Shown here in pieces: positions 39,951-46,297 of a stretch of DNA of 58,497 nt; position 1 is the first letter of the stretch; every line of letters starts with the position of its first letter. A model generated the notes under the pieces. That model saw only the letters and a program-made list of their open reading frames with translations, did no database searches and was not told where the DNA came from. Position numbers and translations under genes: made by a program. This DNA is from an uncultured Clostridium sp. (lineage in GTDB: Bacteria > Bacillota > Clostridia > TANB77 > CAG-465), in the NCBI GenBank assembly GCA_905204915.1, contig CAJLBR010000001.1, positions 1 to 58,497 of the forward strand, read 5' to 3'.

Positions 39951-41207
39951 TTACACAGCTACTTTTATTTTTAAAGGATTACTTAATCCTTTTAATGGTA
40001 TTTTTATTCCTATTTTTTTATTTTGTTCATATAATCTTAAGATATTAAACGCTCCAACACTATCCGCATTAAATACTTTAAGATTATCCATATATAATCC
40101 CCTTTCTATCCTTTTGTTTTTAGTCGCATATTTTTCGTTAACTTGAGGAGCAAATGGACTTACTTGAGAACTATAGCTTTCTTTTATTTTAATAAATTCA
40201 ATTCCTTCCCTTAATAATTTATAAAAAAGCAATTCATATAATTTATCATAAGGTAAAGAATGTAACTTTTGGTTATTTTTCTTTCCTAACTTTGCATTTA
40301 TTCTAATTCCTTTTATATCCCCTATAACAACTTTATTTATATTGTTTTTTATGCAATATTTAACAATCTCTTTAGTTGCACAATGGAAATAATGATTTAA
40401 TTGCAATTGTTTCTTTTTATATAAATTATTTATTCTTTTTGTAGAAGACACATATTTTTCTCCATTTGCCAATTGCTGCTTACTAGTTATTTTTTGAAAA
40501 TGACTTATTTTCTTATTGAAATAATGACTTATTTCTAAATACTTAGAACCACTAATAATAAAACTTTTGCCTTTATTATCATAACAAGTAAAGAGATTTG
40601 AAATTCCTATATCGATGGATAAATAATTCCCATTATCTGCTTTAATAGGAGTATCTTCTATTTCATAAACAACATTTATTTCATATTTTCTATTTTCAAT
40701 AGGTTTAAATTCGATTGTTTTAATATTCCCTTTGATTGTTGAAAAGTTTTTTATTTTCAAACATAAATATTTAGAATCAAAGGAATATTTATTTTTTAAA
40801 TATTCTTTTTGCTGTTTAGAAATAGAAAAATTAATAGTATCAGGAAGAACCCTTTTAAAACCATTATTGAGGTAAGTAAAATTAAATAAATTCTCTTTAA
40901 ATCTCGGAGGTTTAGGATTTTTAATTCCTTTTGATTTATTTAATGCGAAAAAGCTTTTCCAAGATTTTTGTAATCTATTTAATACATCTTGAGATGTTTG
41001 AGAAGGTAAATTTTTATACCAAAAATTATCTTTTAATCTTCTCTTTTGCTCATACCAATTAGGGAAATTGGAAAACCCTAATTCTTTATAATTTCTTTTT
41101 TCATAGTTTGCTATATTCCATAATTTAGCAGAGGAAAAAGCCATTGAATTTAAAATATTAAATTCTAATTCTGTTGGGTTATATATAATTTTTCTTGTTA
41201 ATAACAT
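39951..41207 (-). CDS. tnpB: TnpB-like RNA-guided nuclease homolog, no adjacent transposase, no C-terminal zinc ribbon
   Basis: SIDIGISNLF (RuvC-I), VVIGDIKGI (RuvC-II position) and NADSVGAFNIL (RuvC-III). No CxxC pairs in the C-terminal region. Confidence 0.7.
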   Translation of the reverse strand: MLLTRKIIYNPTELEFNILNSMAFSSAKLWNIANYEKRNYKELGFSNFPNWYEQKRRLKDNFWYKNLPSQTSQDVLNRLQKSWKSFFALNKSKGIKNPKPPRFKENLFNFTYLNNGFKRVLPDTINFSISKQQKEYLKNKYSFDSKYLCLKIKNFSTIKGNIKTIEFKPIENRKYEINVVYEIEDTPIKADNGNYLSIDIGISNLFTCYDNKGKSFIISGSKYLEISHYFNKKISHFQKITSKQQLANGEKYVSSTKRINNLYKKKQLQLNHYFHCATKEIVKYCIKNNINKVVIGDIKGIRINAKLGKKNNQKLHSLPYDKLYELLFYKLLREGIEFIKIKESYSSQVSPFAPQVNEKYATKNKRIERGLYMDNLKVFNADSVGAFNILRLYEQNKKIGIKIPLKGLSNPLKIKVAV

Positions 41208-41239
41208 AATGCCCCTCCTTTCTCTTCTTTTTATTCTAT

Positions 41240-41275
41240 TAAAAAATATCCTCCTAAAGAATTAAAGGAGGATAT
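41240..41275 (-). terminator. rho-independent terminator after the ClpP-like gene
   Basis: AUAUCCUCCU...AGGAGGAUAU followed by UUUUUU. Confidence 0.6.
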
Positions 41276-41282
41276 AAATTAA

Positions 41283-41894
41283 TTAGTCTATTTCAGGATT
41301 CTCAAAATTATATACATCATGTGTATAAAATCCTTTTTTCTTAGCTTCTTTATATCCAAAGAATTTTAGACATGTTTCTGATTCTCTTAATTCTTTTCTT
41401 GTAAGTTTAGTTTTCTCTAACACTATGCTATCTAACTCTCTTGATAGTTGTTTATCTGCTTTTATTATTGATTCCATTTCTTCTAAGTATCCAGTCAATC
41501 CAAGTCCTTGATATCCTGTTCCATGTATTGCAATTTGAGAAAATCTAGTACCTGTTCTTATGTCACATGATAAAAATAAATAAACTGCCATGCTTGCACA
41601 TTGTCCTATTATATGTCCAATTACAGGAGCTTCTAATTCTTCCATTATACTAAGTATTGCACATCCTGCATTTACACTTCCTCCTGGAGAATTAAAGTAA
41701 ATTTCAACAGGTTCTAAAGATTCTTTATATTTATCTGTTTTTTCCATATTTCTAACAACTATTTCTTCATCTTCATCTATAATATCTCTAAGCGATTTGA
41801 TGATTTCAATTGCCATTTTATTATCTATTACTCCATATATTTCTAATCTTCTGTTAACTTTGTCTTTTATTTTATCTTTATTGCAATCACTCAT
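41283..41894 (-). CDS. ClpP-family serine protease
   Basis: FNSPGGSV, GQCASMAVYLF (Ser) and IAIHG (His) match ClpP/S14 active-site contexts. Confidence 0.7.
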   Translation of the reverse strand: MSDCNKDKIKDKVNRRLEIYGVIDNKMAIEIIKSLRDIIDEDEEIVVRNMEKTDKYKESLEPVEIYFNSPGGSVNAGCAILSIMEELEAPVIGHIIGQCASMAVYLFLSCDIRTGTRFSQIAIHGTGYQGLGLTGYLEEMESIIKADKQLSRELDSIVLEKTKLTRKELRESETCLKFFGYKEAKKKGFYTHDVYNFENPEID

Positions 41895-41910
41895 ATAAAT
41901 GCCTCCAATC

Positions 41911-42174
41911 TTAGTATTCTGTATCTACTGTTATTGATACATTTATTTTTTCTTTATCAATGTAATTTTTTAATATTTCTTTTATTTCATGAACATCCAT
42001 ATCATTTTTTGTATCTATTGTTAATTTTAAATCTTCTTCTTTTTCTAATTTGTCTAAGACTTCATCTAATCCATAGACATTTTCTCCTACTTTTGTTTTT
42101 TCTACAACAATTAGTTCTCCATTTTCTTCTCTAATTGTTGCATCTTTAATTGTTAATTTTGATACTTTTTTCAT
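41911..42174 (-). CDS. hypothetical acidic protein
   Basis: 87-aa ORF. Confidence 0.45.
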   Translation of the reverse strand: MKKVSKLTIKDATIREENGELIVVEKTKVGENVYGLDEVLDKLEKEEDLKLTIDTKNDMDVHEIKEILKNYIDKEKINVSITVDTEY

Positions 42175-42199
42175 AACATCATTTCTCCCTATTTTTATT

Positions 42200-42273
42200 T
42201 GGTAGCAGAAAAAGGATTCGAACCTTTAGTTTTGGATAATGAGTCCAATGTGTTACCATTACACTATTCTGCG
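42200..42273 (-). tRNA. tRNA, anticodon CAU (Met or Ile2), CCA encoded
   Basis: Hand-folded cloverleaf. Loop CUCAUUA, T-loop UUCGAAU, C1xU72 mismatch. Confidence 0.7.
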
Positions 42274-42286
42274 ATAATATCTTTAT

Positions 42287-42319
42287 AAAAAAAGAGAAGG
42301 AGTTACCAGTTCCTTCTCT
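42287..42319 (-). terminator. terminator-like hairpin between two tRNA genes
   Basis: AGAGAAGGA-loop-UCCUUCUCU followed by UUUUUUU on the minus strand. Confidence 0.5.
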
Positions 42320-42389
42320 TGTATAACAGCAATTTTTTAGATAATACTATTTACTTATTTAGCAACTTCAACTCAACTAAATAAGCGAA

Positions 42390-42464
42390 TGGCGACCTAC
42401 AAGGGAATCGAACCCTTATCTTTGGATAGACAGTCCAACATAATAACCTTTATACGAGTAAGCC
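42390..42464 (-). tRNA. tRNA-Asp (GUC), CCA encoded
   Basis: Hand-folded cloverleaf. Loop CUGUCUA, T-arm AAGGG-UUCGAUU-CCCUU. Confidence 0.75.
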
Positions 42465-42480
42465 ATAACTGGGATTGAAC

Positions 42481-42617
42481 TGGAAACAGTTGGATTCGAA
42501 CCAACACCCTCTTCTTGACCTATAAGATTTAATTTCTTCTTTTAAATATATTGCTGTATGTGTCCCATAATCCCACTAGACACATAATTATTTGTGCTAC
42601 CATTACACTATGTTTCC
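42481..42617 (-). tRNA. interrupted tRNA-like gene (long variable region; anticodon not assignable)
   Basis: Acceptor GGAAACA/UGUUUCC, D-arm GUGU-AAUGGUA-GCAC and T-arm GUUGG-UUCGAAU-CCAAC are intact. About 55 extra nt in the anticodon-loop region contain an 8-bp hairpin plus motif copy c1. Confidence 0.5.
42544..42566 (-). repeat. island motif copy c1 (inside the interrupted tRNA-like gene)
   Basis: Minus strand: GGGACACATACAGCAATATATTT. Confidence 0.8.
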
Positions 42618-42671
42618 ATATTCGAGAGAGGAAATTATTCCTCTCTGTTTGTATATCTTGGAGGTTTTAAA

Positions 42672-42728
42672 ATGATGAATAATAATTACAATACACTTAT
42701 TTATATTTTCAAAATGTTTTGTGGTTGA
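42672..42728 (+). CDS. candidate 18-aa micro-ORF (MMNNNYNTLIYIFKMFCG)
   Basis: GGAGG at 42660-42664, 7 nt before the ATG. This is the only plus-strand ORF with a strong RBS. Confidence 0.25.
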   Translation: MMNNNYNTLIYIFKMFCG

Positions 42729-42737
42729 AAAATTAAA

Positions 42738-42760
42738 TTAATATTGCTGTATGTGTATTT
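42738..42760 (-). repeat. island motif copy c2 (just after the TROVE/vWA gene stop)
   Basis: Minus strand: AAATACACATACAGCAATATTAA. Confidence 0.8.
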
Positions 42761-42763
42761 ATA

Positions 42764-44278
42764 TTATACAGTTATGCAAGAATATCTTTCTTGATTTACT
42801 GCTTCCATCATTAATTCATACCCTGTTTTACCTGTTAATATTATTTCAAATATAGATGGTGAAAATCCACTTACATATGAAATTCTTCCACTTCCTAGCA
42901 TTGGAATATTATTTTGTCTTGCATTGACATTCCAATATATTAAATGTGGCATTTCATATCCATGTGATTGCCATTTTTTAGCTATTGATTCCATTAATGT
43001 TTCATGTGAGCTATATTTTTGTTCACTTCTGCTACTTCTCCAGCTCCAACGATTGAATTCATCAACTCCATCGTCAAATTCCATATCTGAAATTATAGCA
43101 ATATTTTGTGGCAAATCTTCTTGAGATAAATTATTTTTTAATGCAGTATTTAATACTAAATCAAATACAGATTCAATATTTGTATTTTCACATAAATTAG
43201 TATCGTATATTCTTCTAACTTTATCTACAAAGTCAATTCCTTCAACTTCTACTAATCTAGCCTTTCTACTAAAACTTATGTAATGGTCTTTAAATGGACC
43301 TTTATTTCTTTCTGCACAATAAATTCCAAGTGAAATTGCTACATTTATTGGAGTCCCCCACATAGAACCTGATGTATCTACAACAGGTAATAAACTACAA
43401 GATTTTCCATTGAAATAATCTTTTAAATTACTCCAATATTTATTTACAACATTTCTTTCAGTAGTTGAAGTTGAGAAACTATGTCTTATTCTAATAGCTT
43501 TTTCTACAACTTCATAAGGATATAATGTAGCTGCATTTACAGTAGTCTTATCACTATACATAAAAGCTCTATATCTTTCTTCACAGTGTCTTTCAAAAGC
43601 TTTTCTATATTTAAGTCCTGCTTTACTTGGAAGTTTATCAAATTCTATTTCATGCCAATTATTAGAACTCATTTGTGTTTCAACTAATCTTATATGATTT
43701 CTTAATTTCACTAATGTTTTTCTATATTTTTTAGCATTCATCCCTAACTTTTTAGCAAAATATTTAGCTTTAAGTTTAGTATTAACACTACTTGCTCCAA
43801 GTGAAGGCATCCGTTTAGCTAATAAAGATATTGGTTTATTATTGTTCATATCTTTAAGGTCTGTTTCTAATTGTTTTTTAACGATAGATAAAACTTCTTT
43901 TTCGAACTTAGAACCTTTATATCCTAATTCTAATAAATCGTCCCATCTCCCAAACTCTGCAAAATAAATTAAATTCTTTTTTAATGCTTTAGAATTATTT
44001 TTTTCTAACCATTTTGTTATAACTCTAAATAATCTTCTTTCACCTTGTCCTCCTCTGACATCTCTAAAATAAAATAATAATTTCATTGATATTAAAGGAT
44101 TTTCTTTATATGCTTTTTTAAATTGTAAAATTACATCTTCTTCACTACGATTTCTCATAGCTCCCCCAAAAGCGAAAAAATCTAAACAATTACTAAAAGT
44201 AGTAACATGAGTAGTAGCTCCGTTTTCAGTTAAAGTATAATTTTCTTCTTCTTTTAAATTTCTTAAAAGTTTATTCAT
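42764..44278 (-). CDS. TROVE-like + vWA (MIDAS) protein, Ro60/Rsr-like architecture (DUF2828-type)
   Basis: N-terminal TENGATTHV..LDFFAFGGAMR...LLFYFRDVRGGQGERRLF and C-terminal MIDAS VVDTSGSMWG. Confidence 0.6.
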   Translation of the reverse strand: MNKLLRNLKEEENYTLTENGATTHVTTFSNCLDFFAFGGAMRNRSEEDVILQFKKAYKENPLISMKLLFYFRDVRGGQGERRLFRVITKWLEKNNSKALKKNLIYFAEFGRWDDLLELGYKGSKFEKEVLSIVKKQLETDLKDMNNNKPISLLAKRMPSLGASSVNTKLKAKYFAKKLGMNAKKYRKTLVKLRNHIRLVETQMSSNNWHEIEFDKLPSKAGLKYRKAFERHCEERYRAFMYSDKTTVNAATLYPYEVVEKAIRIRHSFSTSTTERNVVNKYWSNLKDYFNGKSCSLLPVVDTSGSMWGTPINVAISLGIYCAERNKGPFKDHYISFSRKARLVEVEGIDFVDKVRRIYDTNLCENTNIESVFDLVLNTALKNNLSQEDLPQNIAIISDMEFDDGVDEFNRWSWRSSRSEQKYSSHETLMESIAKKWQSHGYEMPHLIYWNVNARQNNIPMLGSGRISYVSGFSPSIFEIILTGKTGYELMMEAVNQERYSCITV

Positions 44279-44344
44279 ATCATCTCTCCAATCAAGATAC
44301 CTTTATGTTTCCCTTTTGCTGACTGTATCTTTATATTATTTTTA

Positions 44345-44418
44345 TGGCAGACTAAAATGGATTTGAACCATTATCTTCAAGATTCGGAGTCTCGATGTTT
44401 TACTTAAACCATTAGCCT
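44345..44418 (-). tRNA. tRNA-Arg (CCG), short D-loop, CCA encoded
   Basis: Anticodon arm CGAGA-CUCCGAA-UCUUG. Acceptor AGGCUAA/UUAGUCU. D-loop is only about 5 nt and lacks GG. Confidence 0.55.
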
Positions 44419-44425
44419 ATGTAAG

Positions 44426-44497
44426 CAGGAGGTAACAGATTTGAACTGTTATTTTAGGATTCAAAGTCCTATGTCCTTACCATTGAACGAACCTCCG
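44426..44497 (-). tRNA. tRNA-Gln (UUG)
   Basis: Anticodon arm UAGGA-CUUUGAA-UCCUA. T-arm AACAG-UUCAAAU-CUGUU. C1xU72 mismatch. Confidence 0.7.
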
Positions 44498-44499
44498 AA

Positions 44500-44768
44500 A
44501 AATTTTTCTAGCTAGAACATAATTAAAATTAATTATACTTGGTTAACTCCCCGATTTCTTTTAGTTGTGTATCAGGGGAAAACAACAAGTAATTACTATA
44601 TTAATTTAATAGGATATTATACTCCCGACCTTTTTATTAATCGCTATCGGGTGTGCGATTTATTTTGTTTGCAAACAGTTTTACGTAGTCCCGCATAACT
44701 TCCTACGTCCTTGATAGATTGTAAAGTATAATTCCATCTTCTTATTACTTTACAAGCGGGTATTATTT
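44500..44768 (-). ncRNA. structured non-coding RNA candidate with two H-type pseudoknots
   Basis: PK-A (44683-44760): CCCGC/GCGGG interleaved with ACGUAG/CUACGU, enclosing a 10-bp hairpin. PK-B (44624-44660): AAUCGC/GCGAUU hairpin whose loop CCCGA pairs with downstream UCGGG. Confidence 0.35.
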
Positions 44769-44834
44769 TGGACTCAATCGGAATCGAACCGATAACATCA
44801 TGCCTGATAATTTTCCCCATTAAACTATAAGTCC
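44769..44834 (-). tRNA. anticodon-less tRNA-like gene (66 nt)
   Basis: Normal acceptor (GGACUUA/UGAGUCC), D-arm and T-arm (AUCGG-UUCGAUU-CCGAU). The anticodon arm is replaced by a 5-bp stem capped by tetraloop GGCA, and there is no variable loop. Confidence 0.45.
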
Positions 44835-44840
44835 ATATAA

Positions 44841-44912
44841 TGACCTATGAGGGAATTGAACCCTCGCCCTCACCGTGAAAGGGTGATGTCTTAGCCACTT
44901 GACTAATAGGTC
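44841..44912 (-). tRNA. tRNA-Glu (UUC)
   Basis: Anticodon arm UCACC-CUUUCAC-GGUGA. T-arm GAGGG-UUCAAUU-CCCUC. Confidence 0.75.
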
Positions 44913-44921
44913 ATGCCTGGT

Positions 44922-45002
44922 GGGGTAGGGAAGGATTCGAACCTTCGAAACCGAAATAACAGATTTACAGTCTGCCGCCTTTACCAACTTGGCTACCTAC
45001 CC
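44922..45002 (-). tRNA. tRNA-Tyr (GUA), long variable arm
   Basis: Anticodon arm GCAGA-CUGUAAA-UCUGU, 12-nt variable region, T-arm GAAGG-UUCGAAU-CCUUC. Confidence 0.75.
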
Positions 45003-45023
45003 ATAAAACAATATAAATATGTT

Positions 45024-45100
45024 TGGTCTAAGTAGAGGGACTCGAACCCCCAGTCTCCACATCCCAAATGTGGTGGTCTACCAAATTAACCTATACCTAG
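45024..45100 (-). tRNA. tRNA-Pro (UGG), CCA encoded
   Basis: Anticodon arm CCACA-UUUGGGA-UGUGG. T-arm GGGGG-UUCGAGU-CCCUC. Confidence 0.75.
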
Positions 45101-45195
45101 ATATTAGAGTCTAGCATCAAAATACTAGGCTCAATCATCACAATAATTTTTAATCAAGACTCTATTTAATACTCGTTTTTAACAGAAACGTAATT

Positions 45196-45218
45196 AATAA
45201 ATTGCTGTATGTGCATTT
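45196..45218 (-). repeat. island motif copy c3
   Basis: Minus strand: AAATGCACATACAGCAATTTATT. Confidence 0.8.
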
Positions 45219-45350
45219 AATTATATTAACTTTAAGAAGGTACTTATCAAGACACTAGACATTATAAATATGAACTTCTTAAAATTGTTCAATTTATTTT
45301 GAGGATTTGAACCTCTAAAGTACTTGTTTATTGACTTATTTACCTATTTG

Positions 45351-45373
45351 AATTAATTGCTGTAAGTGTCTTT
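45351..45373 (-). repeat. island motif copy c4
   Basis: Minus strand: AAAGACACTTACAGCAATTAATT. It is followed by a T-arm-like hairpin (AGAGG-UUCAAAU-CCUC, 45299-45325) that has no acceptor partner. Confidence 0.75.
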
Positions 45374-45395
45374 TGAATGTATATTTTTAGAACAG

Positions 45396-45511
45396 GACGG
45401 GAAGTAGGAGTCGAACCTACAACCTACGGCTTAAATGGCAAATTAAAATGCTGTTAGTGTATCCCTTCTATACACATATTACGTTGCTCTACCCGTTGAG
45501 CTAGTCCCGTC
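45396..45511 (-). tRNA. interrupted tRNA-like gene (G-1:C73 pair; loop CAUUUAA after removing the insert)
   Basis: D-arm GCUC-AACGGGUA-GAGC and T-arm GUAGG-UUCGACU-CCUAC are intact. A 42-nt insert (hairpin GUGUAU/AUACAC plus motif c5) splits the 5' strand of the anticodon stem (ACG|insert|GC-CAUUUAA-GCCGU). Confidence 0.5.
45441..45463 (-). repeat. island motif copy c5 (inside tRNA-like gene)
   Basis: Minus strand: GATACACTAACAGCATTTTAATT. Confidence 0.7.
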
Positions 45512-45518
45512 ATAATGT

Positions 45519-45636
45519 TGCCGAAGAATAGATTTGAACTATTATCCTATAGCTTCCCTGTTTGAAATTGCTGCTTATGTATTTATCAATACATCTATTT
45601 ATTGGCTATTGCTCCAACCATTTGAGCTACTTCGGC
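45519..45636 (-). tRNA. interrupted tRNA-like gene (loop CAGGGAA after removing the insert)
   Basis: Acceptor GCCGAAG/CUUCGGC, D-arm GCUC-AAAUGGUUG-GAGC and T-arm AAUAG-UUCAAAU-CUAUU are intact. The anticodon stem AUAGC/GCUAU encloses 51 nt instead of 7 (hairpin AUGUAUU/AAUACAU plus motif c6). Confidence 0.55.
45562..45584 (-). repeat. island motif copy c6 (inside tRNA-like gene)
   Basis: Minus strand: AAATACATAAGCAGCAATTTCAA. Confidence 0.7.
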
Positions 45637-45702
45637 ATATTCTAGGGTAGAATTCCTCTACCCCATTTTTTAAACAAACAAAGAAAGAAACAGTAATAAC
45701 TT

Positions 45703-45744
45703 TGAGGTCTGTAGGATTTGAACCTACTGAAACCTTCGACCTCA
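45703..45744 (-). ncRNA. tRNA-like minihelix (acceptor stem + T-arm only)
   Basis: UGAGGUC-GAAGGUUUCA-GUAGG-UUCAAAU-CCUAC-A-GACCUCA. No D or anticodon arm was found upstream. Confidence 0.35.
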
Positions 45745-45882
45745 CATTGCTAGGGAAATTAATCCCTAGCATTCAAAAAGGGGAACAAAGAAATCAAACA
45801 ATGCACTATTTACATTCTTGCCAGCCATGTGGCATTTTTCAAAATCCAATTTGTTTTATTTTCTTTTCTTTTCTTGTATATG

Positions 45883-45905
45883 TAATAATTGCTGTGAGTG
45901 CATTT
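45883..45905 (-). repeat. island motif copy c7 (just after the HU-like gene stop)
   Basis: Minus strand: AAATGCACTCACAGCAATTATTA. Confidence 0.8.
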
Positions 45906-45910
45906 ACCCC

Positions 45911-46213
45911 TTATATTTCTTTAGTTAATCTTTCTTTTGTACTCTTAGTGAATTTTATATAAGGTACTATTTTATCAGGTGTTTCATATTCATAACAACC
46001 TATTTGATTATCTATTTTACCTGCTCTACCTTTTCTTTCTTTAGTACCTATTTTTATACCACAAATTATTACTTCATCTCTATTTTCGATTACTCTATTT
46101 AATAATCTTTCTAATCCGTCTACTACCTCTGCTGCTCTAACTTGTGTTATATCTAGTTCACTAGCTATTTCTTTTAACATATCTTTTTTTGTCATATTCA
46201 TTTCTCCTATCAT
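45911..46213 (-). CDS. HU/IHF-family DNA-binding protein
   Basis: MTKKDMLKEIASELDITQVRAAEVVDGL...GTKERKGRAGKI...PYIKF fits the bacterial histone-like fold pattern. Confidence 0.7.
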   Translation of the reverse strand: MIGEMNMTKKDMLKEIASELDITQVRAAEVVDGLERLLNRVIENRDEVIICGIKIGTKERKGRAGKIDNQIGCYEYETPDKIVPYIKFTKSTKERLTKEI

Positions 46214-46297
46214 TAAAATTTTTTAGAACTTCATTTTGGTAAGGAAAATACCGTCTTTTATCGTTCTTACATTTTTAATAAGGAGTTTTACTACCTT

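Noticed and set aside
44500-44834. tmRNA (tRNA-like domain plus pseudoknots).
   Set aside because: The tRNA-like part is contiguous rather than formed from the two termini. There is no G3:U70 alanine identity pair, no 3' CCA, and no tag-peptide reading frame with an alanine resume codon.
42544-45905. CRISPR array formed by the seven motif copies.
   Set aside because: Spacing is highly irregular (about 110 nt to 2.4 kb), the copies are only about 75-90 percent identical, and the intervening DNA contains tRNA genes and a 1.5-kb CDS.
45702-45962. Plus-strand ORF of 86 aa in the tRNA island.
   Set aside because: It overlaps the minihelix and a motif copy, has no RBS and lies antisense to everything around it.
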